60,414 nt of DNA. Origin: Bacteroidia bacterium (GTDB lineage: Bacteria > Bacteroidota > Bacteroidia > M30B66). The notes under the pieces were generated by a model, which was given only the letters and a program-made list of their open reading frames with translations, ran no database searches and had not been told where the DNA came from. The position numbers were made by a program, and so were the translations under genes. The stretch lies in assembly GCA_040882555.1 (NCBI GenBank), contig JBBEBC010000149.1:1-60414 (forward strand). The letters run 5' to 3'. Position 1 is the stretch's first letter; each line of letters begins with the position of its first letter. Below are positions 1-7,024 of the stretch, one piece after another.

Positions 1-36
1 AAAATGAGCAGTGTTATGCTGCTCTAATCGCCTATC
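1..36 (-). pseudogene. GIY-YIG nuclease gene copy 1, distal fragment (gene continues past the left window edge)
   Basis: The reverse complement reads DRRLEQHNTAHF. It matches 1206-1241 of the intact copy at 35 of 36 nt. Homology stops abruptly at nt 36. Confidence 0.7.
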
Positions 37-44
37 GCTTCACA

Positions 45-160
45 GCATTTGCGAAGGCGTCGACAGTCTTGCACTAAGTTCCATCGGAACACAGATTTCC
101 AAATATAAAAAGAACTCTATTTTGGAAATGAAACAGCCATTTTTGCAAAGCCGCTACTAG
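45..160. repeat. Conserved ~116-nt element, copy A (second copy at 32229-32347, opposite orientation)
   Basis: Hand alignment to the reverse complement of 32229-32347 gives about 21 substitutions over ~113 nt plus one 3-nt indel. Both copies share the hairpin ATTTCCAAA...TTTGGAAAT. Confidence 0.75.
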
Positions 161-170
161 GGGGGTGCAC

Positions 171-515
171 CTATCTGTCAATTTCAAAACAGGCTAACTC
201 TTTATTATAATCCTCTGAAATGAAACTATTAATATCTTCAAGATGATTTGAAATAATTCTAGCTAAATTTTGTGTAGATGTATTTCCTAAACGAAGCCAA
301 ATAATTTTAGGAGGATGGCCATATAAGGTAACCAGATCATAGAAATCTGCATCAAATGTCACAATATGAAATTCATTTTCTTTTGCGAAGTTCCATATTT
401 GGTGGTCAGTAGCGAACTGTAAATTAAAATCTTTTACATGCTTTGCATCCAGTATGATTTCGCTTATTTGTCCAATTACTCTATAAGAAATGTTTTGGTC
501 AAATAACAGTTTCAT
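171..515 (-). CDS. DUF5615 (PIN-like / Mut7-C-like) protein, putative toxin
   Basis: 114 aa. The pattern MKLLFDQNIS...HIVTFDADF...PKIIWLRLGN is typical of DUF5615. Its start overlaps the upstream DUF433 stop (ATGA). Confidence 0.8.
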   Translation of the reverse strand: MKLLFDQNISYRVIGQISEIILDAKHVKDFNLQFATDHQIWNFAKENEFHIVTFDADFYDLVTLYGHPPKIIWLRLGNTSTQNLARIISNHLEDINSFISEDYNKELACFEIDR

Positions 516-736
516 GAAGAAATTCTAATTCTATGTTCCCTTTCAGCAGCATATGCGAGAGCAGCCTTAATATCTTCATCTCTTAATTCAGGATAGTCCA
601 TTAAGATATCAGATATTGACATTCCTGATGCTAACCAGCCTAAAATATCATAAACAGTTATCCTTAGACCTCGAATACAGGGCTTTCCAAATCGTATTTG
701 AGGATCAATTGTTATTATCTCTGAATAATGCTTCAT
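512..736 (-). CDS. DUF433 domain protein, putative antitoxin
   Basis: 74 aa. The motif IDPQIRFGKPCIRGLRITVYDILGWLASGMSISDILMDYPELRDEDIKAALAYA is canonical for DUF433. It shares a 4-nt overlap with the DUF5615 gene. Confidence 0.85.
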   Translation of the reverse strand: MKHYSEIITIDPQIRFGKPCIRGLRITVYDILGWLASGMSISDILMDYPELRDEDIKAALAYAAEREHRIRISS

Positions 737-794
737 CCTGCTAAAATAAGAATTATAGATGATTAAGTGATTCTATATTTGATAAGGTGTTACC

Positions 795-869
795 CCTATC
801 TAGATCACAAGTGGTACCAACATAAAAGCAGTTTAAACTCTTTGATTTTAAGACATAAACTACGAACAT
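795..869 (-). pseudogene. GIY-YIG nuclease gene copy 1, N-terminal 25 codons (MFVVYVLKSKSLNCFYVGTTCDLDR)
   Basis: The 127-nt block 795-921 aligns without gaps to 1236-1362, with 16 mismatches by hand count. The reading frame resumes at 1-36. Confidence 0.7.
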
Positions 870-909
870 AAAAAAGGCCAACTTAGAAATTATATTGGGC
901 TTTTGCTTT

Positions 910-921
910 GCTCCTTCTCTT
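910..921 (-). repeat. Duplicate of the last 12 nt of the tRNA-Asn acceptor strand (GCTCCTTCTCTT)
   Basis: Identical to 1351-1362, at the 3' end of the intact tRNA-Asn. Homology to the tRNA body ends here. Confidence 0.7.
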
Positions 922-955
922 ACACAGATGGCTTTCGGGGCCCAAGTGCTTTAAT

Positions 956-986
956 GAAAAAAGACCGCCTTGCGGGCGGTCTTTCT
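956..986 (-). terminator. Intrinsic terminator downstream of the intact GIY-YIG gene
   Basis: GC-rich hairpin GACCGCC-TTGC-GGGCGGTC. On the minus strand it is followed by a T-run (the A-run at 955-961 on the plus strand). Confidence 0.6.
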
Positions 987-988
987 GG

Positions 989-1000
989 GCTCCTACTCTT
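989..1000 (-). repeat. Third, degenerate copy of the tRNA-Asn 3'-end 12-mer (GCTCCTACTCTT)
   Basis: Matches the tRNA 3' end at 11 of 12 nt. It also shares a further ~25-nt extension (GATGGCT..GGGG) with the copy at 910-945. Confidence 0.5.
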
Positions 1001-1064
1001 GCCCCGATGGCTATTGGGGTCGATCATTTGAATATCTGATCCTCAATTTCTTAATCATTTCTTC

Positions 1065-1310
1065 CTATTTACTTAGGTTCATGATGTAAGTACTAGATTT
1101 CATTCTCTTAATATGTTTCTCTATTAAAAAAGCTTGTTGGGAGTCTAATTCTGTAATACTTAAAAACAATACCCAAGGAATTCCTCTTGCTGTAAAGGCC
1201 TTTTTAAAATGAGCAGTGTTATGCTGCTCTATTCGCCTATCTAAATCACAAGTGGTACCAACATAAAAGCGATTTATTCTCTTTGAGTATATGATATAAA
1301 CTACAAACAT
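1065..1310 (-). CDS. GIY-YIG nuclease family protein (UPF0213-like), intact copy 2
   Basis: 81 aa from MFVVYIIYS. It has the YIIY...FYVGTT GIY-YIG motif and RRIEQHN. The start is placed at the ATG conserved with copy 1, because the track's upstream Met is absent from copy 1. Confidence 0.85.
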   Translation of the reverse strand: MFVVYIIYSKRINRFYVGTTCDLDRRIEQHNTAHFKKAFTARGIPWVLFLSITELDSQQAFLIEKHIKRMKSSTYIMNLSK

Positions 1311-1316
1311 GAAAAA

Positions 1317-1341
1317 GGCCAACATAAAAATTATGTTGGCC
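1317..1341 (-). terminator. Hairpin plus T-run immediately after tRNA-Asn, overlapping the GIY-YIG start region
   Basis: Perfect 9-bp inverted repeat GGCCAACAT/ATGTTGGCC. On the minus strand it is followed by TTTTTC and then ATG. Confidence 0.55.
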
Positions 1342-1351
1342 TTTTGTTTTG

Positions 1352-1425
1352 CTCCTTCTCTTGGGCTCGAACCAAGGACCCTCTGATTAACAGTCAGATG
1401 CTCTAACCAGCTGAGCTAAGAAGGA
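1352..1425 (-). tRNA. tRNA-Asn (anticodon GTT)
   Basis: Hand-folded cloverleaf. Acceptor TCCTTCT/AGAAGGA, anticodon loop CTGTTAA, T-arm CTTGG-TTCGAGC-CCAAG. CCA is not encoded. Confidence 0.9.
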
Positions 1426-1531
1426 ATTTTCAAAACGGGTGCAATAATACTGCGATTAACTACATGATGCAAATGAAAAATGTATCCTAGGCAATAAAAA
1501 TAATCGTTAGCCTGATAATCAACAACATAAA

Positions 1532-3355
1532 TCAACTTAAGTGTTGAATTTCATGCAGCCTATAATACAATCCCTTTAAAGCAAGTAGTTCTTCATGCCT
1601 TCCTCTCTCCACTATTCTTCCTTCATCCATCACCAAAATCTCATCGGCATGCTGAATGGTAGATAATCGATGAGCTATTACCAAGGATGTTCGGCTTGCC
1701 ATTAACTTACTTATTGCATCTTGAACCAAACGCTCGCTTTCTGTGTCAAGTGCTGAAGTTGCCTCATCAAGAATCAAGATTGGTGGATTGCTGTAAATTG
1801 CTCGTGCAATAGCAATTCGCTGTTTTTGCCCACCACTTAAACGCGAACCTCGGTCTCCAATTGGAGTTTCGTATAAATCTTCTAAGCCCGATATAAACTC
1901 AGCTGCATTCGCGTTTTCTGCAGCAACTATAACCCTCTCCGCATTTGCAGATGGATCTCCCATGGTGATATTATTCCAAACTGTATCGTTAAACATAACA
2001 GGGTCTTGACTCACAAAACCAATCATAGAGCGTAAATCTTCCTGGGTCATGGCTCTAATATCAACTCCATCGATACATATTTTTCCTTCAACCACATCGT
2101 AAAACCTAAGAATCAAATCAGATAAAGTAGATTTTCCTGATCCGCTTCTACCTACCAATGCAATCATTTTACCCTTTTCTAAAGTAAAATTGATATCCTC
2201 CAAAACATTCTTTTCGCCATAGGCAAAAACAACATTACTAAGCGCTATTGCTTCCTTAAATTCTCCCGGTGAAATTGGGTTTTCTGGATCTTTAACCTTC
2301 ACTTCTTCATCCAAAGCAAGAAAAATTCTGTCGGCAGAAGCAAAACCTTTTTGCATACTAGTAACCGCAGTACTAATATTTTTGGCTGGCTGCATGATTT
2401 GAGAATACAGTGCCAGATAAGTGATAAAAACTGATCCTGAAAGTTCTCCTTTAATAACTAAATGACCTCCATACATAACTACAGTTACTATTACCAGAAC
2501 ACCGAGTAATTCAGAAATTGGAGAAGCAAGTGCCCGCTGATTGAATAAGTCCTTACTAACCTTACTGAAACTCCTGTTTATATCTGCGAAACGCTTTTTG
2601 AATAATTCTGACGACCTAAAAGCTTTGATAATTCTTATTCCAGAGATAGTTTCATCAGTATGATGAACAATTCTAGCCAGGTATTCCTGACTAAAGAAGC
2701 CCTTCTTTTTTAATTTTCTGGCAAGAGAAGAAATTAGAATACCTGAAACAGGGAAAAATAAAATTGTAAAAACTGTTAGTTGAGGAGATAAATAAAATAA
2801 GGCTACGAAGTAAGCAATAATTACAAAAGGATCTCTTAGCAAACTCTGAAAGGAACTTACTACTGATCCTTCAATTTCCTGCACATCTGCAGTCATTGTC
2901 GATAAAAGCTCACCTTTTTTAATCTTGTTATAGAACGACATCGATTGGGTTACAATCTTTTCGTAAAGCTGATTCCTAATGCGTTCGAGCATATTCATTC
3001 TCAGCCTAACCATTACTCTGTTGGCCAAATACCTAAAAAGATTGGCAAAAAGAGTAGCTGTAGCTATGCACACACAAACAAAGCCCAATGCATAAAGCTT
3101 TCCTTTGGTTTGAACAATAGCATTCAAATTGTAATCAAAACTTTCAGTGAAATAGGAGATACTGAGAGAGAAATCAGGCTTCGTTAATACTTCCTGTGTA
3201 GCAGCACCTTCATTGAAAAGTAAGTTCAACAAAGGCACGAGCATGGTGAAATTAACCAGCCCAAATAGGATTCCAAGTAGGGTGTAAATGAAATACTCTG
3301 GAAAATAATGATGGACCGGTCTAACGAAAGAAAGCAGACGTTTCAGTTGTTGCAT
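1532..3355 (-). CDS. ABC transporter, fused permease/ATPase (MsbA-like exporter)
   Basis: 607 aa. N-terminal six-TM domain, Walker A GRSGSGKST, signature LSGGQKQR, Walker B ILILDEATSALD. Confidence 0.9.
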   Translation of the reverse strand: MQQLKRLLSFVRPVHHYFPEYFIYTLLGILFGLVNFTMLVPLLNLLFNEGAATQEVLTKPDFSLSISYFTESFDYNLNAIVQTKGKLYALGFVCVCIATATLFANLFRYLANRVMVRLRMNMLERIRNQLYEKIVTQSMSFYNKIKKGELLSTMTADVQEIEGSVVSSFQSLLRDPFVIIAYFVALFYLSPQLTVFTILFFPVSGILISSLARKLKKKGFFSQEYLARIVHHTDETISGIRIIKAFRSSELFKKRFADINRSFSKVSKDLFNQRALASPISELLGVLVIVTVVMYGGHLVIKGELSGSVFITYLALYSQIMQPAKNISTAVTSMQKGFASADRIFLALDEEVKVKDPENPISPGEFKEAIALSNVVFAYGEKNVLEDINFTLEKGKMIALVGRSGSGKSTLSDLILRFYDVVEGKICIDGVDIRAMTQEDLRSMIGFVSQDPVMFNDTVWNNITMGDPSANAERVIVAAENANAAEFISGLEDLYETPIGDRGSRLSGGQKQRIAIARAIYSNPPILILDEATSALDTESERLVQDAISKLMASRTSLVIAHRLSTIQHADEILVMDEGRIVERGRHEELLALKGLYYRLHEIQHLS

Positions 3356-3484
3356 GCTAGCACAAATATTCAGAAAGCCTGCAAATTACAATAAATGAAG
3401 CCTTCAACCCTCAGGGAATATTATTGCAGTATAAGATTGTTGTAAGTTTGCACTATCATAGTTTTAAAAAGGAAAACACAAAAA

Positions 3485-3823
3485 ATGGAAAGTACGAGAC
3501 AAAAAAAAGTTGCTAGAATGATTCAAAAAGAAATGGCTGAATTATTCCAAAAAGAAAGTCGCAACCTTTTTAGTGGTGCTTTCATAACTGTAACTACTGC
3601 CAGAATAAGTCCCGATTTAGGGCACGCGAAAATTTATTTAAGTATGTTCAAGGTTGAAAAACCTGAGAAAATGCTGGAGGAAATCAGAGGCTTGAAAAAG
3701 GAGATAAGAAAAAGACTTGGCGAAAAAGTAAGGCATCAACTAAGAATCGTTCCTGATCTTGATTTTTTCCTTGACGACTCTTTAGACTACCTTGAAAATA
3801 TTGATCGATTACTGAGCGAATAA
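3485..3823 (+). CDS. rbfA: Ribosome-binding factor A
   Basis: 112 aa. The N-terminus RQKKVARMIQKEMAELF and the overall length are typical of RbfA. Confidence 0.85.
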   Translation: MESTRQKKVARMIQKEMAELFQKESRNLFSGAFITVTTARISPDLGHAKIYLSMFKVEKPEKMLEEIRGLKKEIRKRLGEKVRHQLRIVPDLDFFLDDSLDYLENIDRLLSE

Positions 3824-3827
3824 TCCC

Positions 3828-5039
3828 GTGAGATTTACACTCTTCATTGCTTTTAGATACCTATTCTCAAAAAAAAGAATACAAATCATTTCATTGATTT
3901 CATGGATTTCTGTCCTCGGAATCTTTATTGGTACCGCAGCTCTAGTGGTTTTACTTTCTGCCTTTAATGGACTGGAAAGCTGGGTAATAAAATTGTACAA
4001 TTCTTTTGATTCTGACATTAGAATAGAGGCTGCACAGGGCAAATGGATTGAATCAGCAAGTTTTCCTCTTGAGGATATTAAGAAATTGAAGGGGGTTTCG
4101 ATAGTTGCTGAAGTTCTTGAAGAGAACTGTTTGGTTATGTATGGCGAAGACCAATATGTCTGCACCATGAAAGGCGTAAGTAAGGAATATAGCTTGATGA
4201 CGGGTGTAGATACGATGATGGTTGATGGCAATTTCAACTTACAATCCCGCTCTAGCTCAATGGCAGTAGTTGGAAGTGGTGTTGCTTATGCTTTGTCTAT
4301 GAGCCTTAATGCTATAGATAAACCTCTGGTGCTGTATGTTCCAAAATCTAGTATTGGAAACACCCTTAATCCGGCTGATGCATTTAGAAGTGAAGCGATT
4401 TTTCCGGCTGGAATTTTTGAGATTCAACCTGAATTTGACGCTCGTTACATTTTTGTGCCTTTGCAGTTTGCAAATAAATTAGTTGAGGGTGATGGAAAAA
4501 GAACAGCTTATGAAATAAATCTTTCTCAAGATGCTAAGGTTAAAAATGTACAACAGGAACTAAAGTCCTTATTAGGCGATACCTTTTTAATAAAGAACCG
4601 GTTTGAGCAGCATGAGTTGTTATATAAGATCATAAATGCTGAAAAATGGGCGGTTTTTCTGGTACTGTGTTTCATTTTGCTCATTGCAGTTTTTAATGTA
4701 ACCGGATCTCTCACCATGTTAGTGGTAGAAAAATCGGGCGACATCAGAACACTTGAAAGCCTTGGTGCAGATAAACAAACGATTAAGAATATCTTCTTTA
4801 CAGAAGGATTGATAATTACAGTTATAGGGCTTGTTAGCGGCCTTATTGCAGGGTTGATTGTTGTGTTAATACAGGAAAGTAATTCGCTTGTCTTAATAAA
4901 TGGAGAAGATCCCTACCCTGTTATGGTTAAGGTGATGGATTTGTTTGCCGTTTGCATAACAGTGTTAACCATTGGAGCAGCAGCTTCGTGGCTACCGGCT
5001 TCGCGAGCAATAAATAAAAGAAGTTTGAATGGAATTTAA
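3828..5039 (+). CDS. FtsX-like ABC transporter permease (LolC/LolE-like)
   Basis: 403 aa. N-terminal FIAFRYLFSKK motif, a large periplasmic loop, and three C-terminal TM segments. Confidence 0.8.
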   Translation: MRFTLFIAFRYLFSKKRIQIISLISWISVLGIFIGTAALVVLLSAFNGLESWVIKLYNSFDSDIRIEAAQGKWIESASFPLEDIKKLKGVSIVAEVLEENCLVMYGEDQYVCTMKGVSKEYSLMTGVDTMMVDGNFNLQSRSSSMAVVGSGVAYALSMSLNAIDKPLVLYVPKSSIGNTLNPADAFRSEAIFPAGIFEIQPEFDARYIFVPLQFANKLVEGDGKRTAYEINLSQDAKVKNVQQELKSLLGDTFLIKNRFEQHELLYKIINAEKWAVFLVLCFILLIAVFNVTGSLTMLVVEKSGDIRTLESLGADKQTIKNIFFTEGLIITVIGLVSGLIAGLIVVLIQESNSLVLINGEDPYPVMVKVMDLFAVCITVLTIGAAASWLPASRAINKRSLNGI

Positions 5040-6070
5040 TTCATCTCTAGAATCTTGAATAATTCATCAAGATTAGGGGTAAGAATTATTTCGGTTCTTC
5101 TATTTTTCTTTCTTGCTTCAGCAGTATTTGCAGGATCTACTGGATAATACTCGCCCCTGCCAGCAACAGTAAATATTTTAGGATCCACATCTGAACCGCT
5201 TATAAGTATTCTAACGATAGATGTGGCTCGTAAAACAGATAAATCCCAATTGTCTTTGATTTTGGCACTCTTAATTGGAACGTTATCTGTGTGCCCTTCA
5301 ATAAGCACATTTACATCTTCCTCTTTTTCTAAGACTTTAGATAGCTTTTTCAAAGCATCAACCCCTTTCGAATCTACATCAGTGCTTCCTGAAGCAAACA
5401 GTAATCTCTCCTCAAGAGAAACATACACTTTACCATTTTTCACAGACATACTCAATCCATTATCCTTAAAACCAAGCAAAGCTCTATCAACCTTATCAAA
5501 AAGGGCTTTAACAGTAGAATCTTTTCGTGAAAGAATACCTTCTAACTCCTGAACCCTTTGTTCTTTCTTATTGAGTTGTTCTTCAAATGCTTTAAGATCA
5601 GCACTTAGCTTATTCATTTCTTGGGTTCGAACTTCTAAAGCAGCTTCTGATTCCCTCAACTTATCTTCTTTCTTCTGAAGTTCTTCCTGAGTAAGTTGGA
5701 ATTTACCCATCAAAGTTCTGTTATCATTCTCTTTGCCTTGCATTAATGCGGCATTATTGGCAAGTAGTTGATCATATGTTTGGTTAAGCTTATCATAAGA
5801 AGATGTTAATCTTCTATAGGTGAGCCCCATACTGACTGTATCTTTAGTTAAAGATGCAACTTGTTTATTAAGCTCATTAAGTTTTGAATCAAGTTCCTTT
5901 TCACGTGCTGTGAAAGATTCATACTCAGCTCGATACTTTTTCATTTGAGCTTCGCAACTATCTCTTGCAGTTTTTACATCCTCAAATTGCCTATGAGGAA
6001 CACAACCAATTAAAAATACAAAAGTAAAAATGATACTGGCTGCTTGGTAAAACTTGCTTTTTGTAAACAT
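5036..6070 (-). CDS. OmpA/MotB-domain lipoprotein with a long coiled-coil region
   Basis: The lipobox FLIGC follows MFTKSKFYQAAS. The C-terminal OmpA-like domain reads GHTDNVPI...NWDLSVLRA...NRRTEIIL. The start is trimmed to the Met that precedes the signal peptide. Confidence 0.8.
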   Translation of the reverse strand: MFTKSKFYQAASIIFTFVFLIGCVPHRQFEDVKTARDSCEAQMKKYRAEYESFTAREKELDSKLNELNKQVASLTKDTVSMGLTYRRLTSSYDKLNQTYDQLLANNAALMQGKENDNRTLMGKFQLTQEELQKKEDKLRESEAALEVRTQEMNKLSADLKAFEEQLNKKEQRVQELEGILSRKDSTVKALFDKVDRALLGFKDNGLSMSVKNGKVYVSLEERLLFASGSTDVDSKGVDALKKLSKVLEKEEDVNVLIEGHTDNVPIKSAKIKDNWDLSVLRATSIVRILISGSDVDPKIFTVAGRGEYYPVDPANTAEARKKNRRTEIILTPNLDELFKILEMN

Positions 6071-6252
6071 AATATTGATTTTCATTACAAACATAGGTAT
6101 TTGACAGCTCAAAGAAATCTATTTATTAATTAAGTAATAAACATGTCAAGGTTAATTTAAATTCCTTGAAAATTGGTTAATATCTTAAGTATGCAACACA
6201 TTCAACTTGTTTTTCGTTTAATTATTTTAGAAAAGCAAAATTCTACATTGAT

Positions 6253-6978
6253 ATGAAACAATTAAGTAGAGATTGGCTTATTGAGAGTCACATTGATTTG
6301 GAATACAAGCAATTTATTTTGCTGGCTTACCTGGAAAATGTAAAAAAGCAGTTTCATGGACAGTTCTTATATCCAGAGTTGGCAGATTTAATTGAGCACT
6401 ACAATAATCTTAAGCATTTGAAGACAGAATTTTCTGAACTTTCTATTAAGTTCCCTGAAAAGCTGCAAACAATTGATTTTAAAGATTGGAAACTTATCTA
6501 TGAAAAGATAGAAAAAAATGATTCTCTAATAGACGAATTAGAGCAAATCATCGAATTTTCCATCCCTAAGATTAAAGGTACTTTAGAGGAGGGGAAAGAA
6601 ATTTATCTTGAAATTGAACAGAGTTTAAAAATTGAGCCAGTCGGCATCATTCCTCTTTGGTCTGATGAAGGTTATTTATTGATAGAAACCATTGAACCAA
6701 ACGAAACTAAAATATTTGAGTATTCAATTAGTCTTTTTGACTCTGCCAATGATGTTTACCGCAGTCTATCTACAAAATACATAACAAGCCTAAGTCGATC
6801 ACCATTTGTCAGTTTGGAAAGCATCAAACATGATTTGATTGCCAAAAACAAAGAACTTCCTAACCCAGCAACCTATTTCTGCAGAACATCGCTATCTGTC
6901 CCATTTGAAGAAAGCTATTTTCCAGTTGCTAAACGAATGCTGATTAGAGAATTGAGCAAAGAGAAGTCTTCAACATAA
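6253..6978 (+). CDS. Hypothetical protein (241 aa, no recognisable domain)
   Basis: Long ORF in a gene-sized gap with coding-like composition. I recognise no motifs. Confidence 0.6.
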   Translation: MKQLSRDWLIESHIDLEYKQFILLAYLENVKKQFHGQFLYPELADLIEHYNNLKHLKTEFSELSIKFPEKLQTIDFKDWKLIYEKIEKNDSLIDELEQIIEFSIPKIKGTLEEGKEIYLEIEQSLKIEPVGIIPLWSDEGYLLIETIEPNETKIFEYSISLFDSANDVYRSLSTKYITSLSRSPFVSLESIKHDLIAKNKELPNPATYFCRTSLSVPFEESYFPVAKRMLIRELSKEKSST

Positions 6979-7024
6979 AAGAATCAAATGTGTTATATTT
7001 GGAAATTAATTCAAACCATCACAC

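Larger units (their letters stand above)
37..794 (-). mobile_element. 758-bp inserted cassette (conserved ~116-nt element plus DUF5615/DUF433 gene pair) that splits GIY-YIG copy 1
   Basis: The intact GIY-YIG copy is contiguous across the junction and has CCTATC once (1236-1241). The disrupted copy has CCTATC at both junctions (31-36 and 795-800). I saw no terminal inverted repeats and no recombinase gene. Confidence 0.45.

Noticed and set aside
37-794. Terminal inverted repeats or a transposase that would make the toxin-antitoxin-like cassette a conventional IS or MITE
   Set aside because: Comparing the two ends by eye (GCTTCACAGCATT... against the reverse complement GGGTAACACCTTATC...) shows no inverted repeat. 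The two ORFs are DUF433 and DUF5615, not transposases.
3809-4237. 142-aa minus-strand ORF. Comparable antisense or out-of-frame shadow ORFs: 2945-3187, 4526-4744, 5223-5552, 11732-12174, 13808-14032, 14254-14436, 16919-17104, 17161-17481, 18388-18579, 21696-21926, 24085-24273, 26566-26754, 28131-28391, 30151-30414, 31337-31742, 38240-38715, 39216-39407, 40541-40723, 42010-42232, 42638-42829, 43519-43758, 45763-46053, 46877-47071, 50732-50935 and 54642-54836.
   Set aside because: Each overlaps a gene on the other strand or in another frame that has strong motif support. They are explained by chance open frames.
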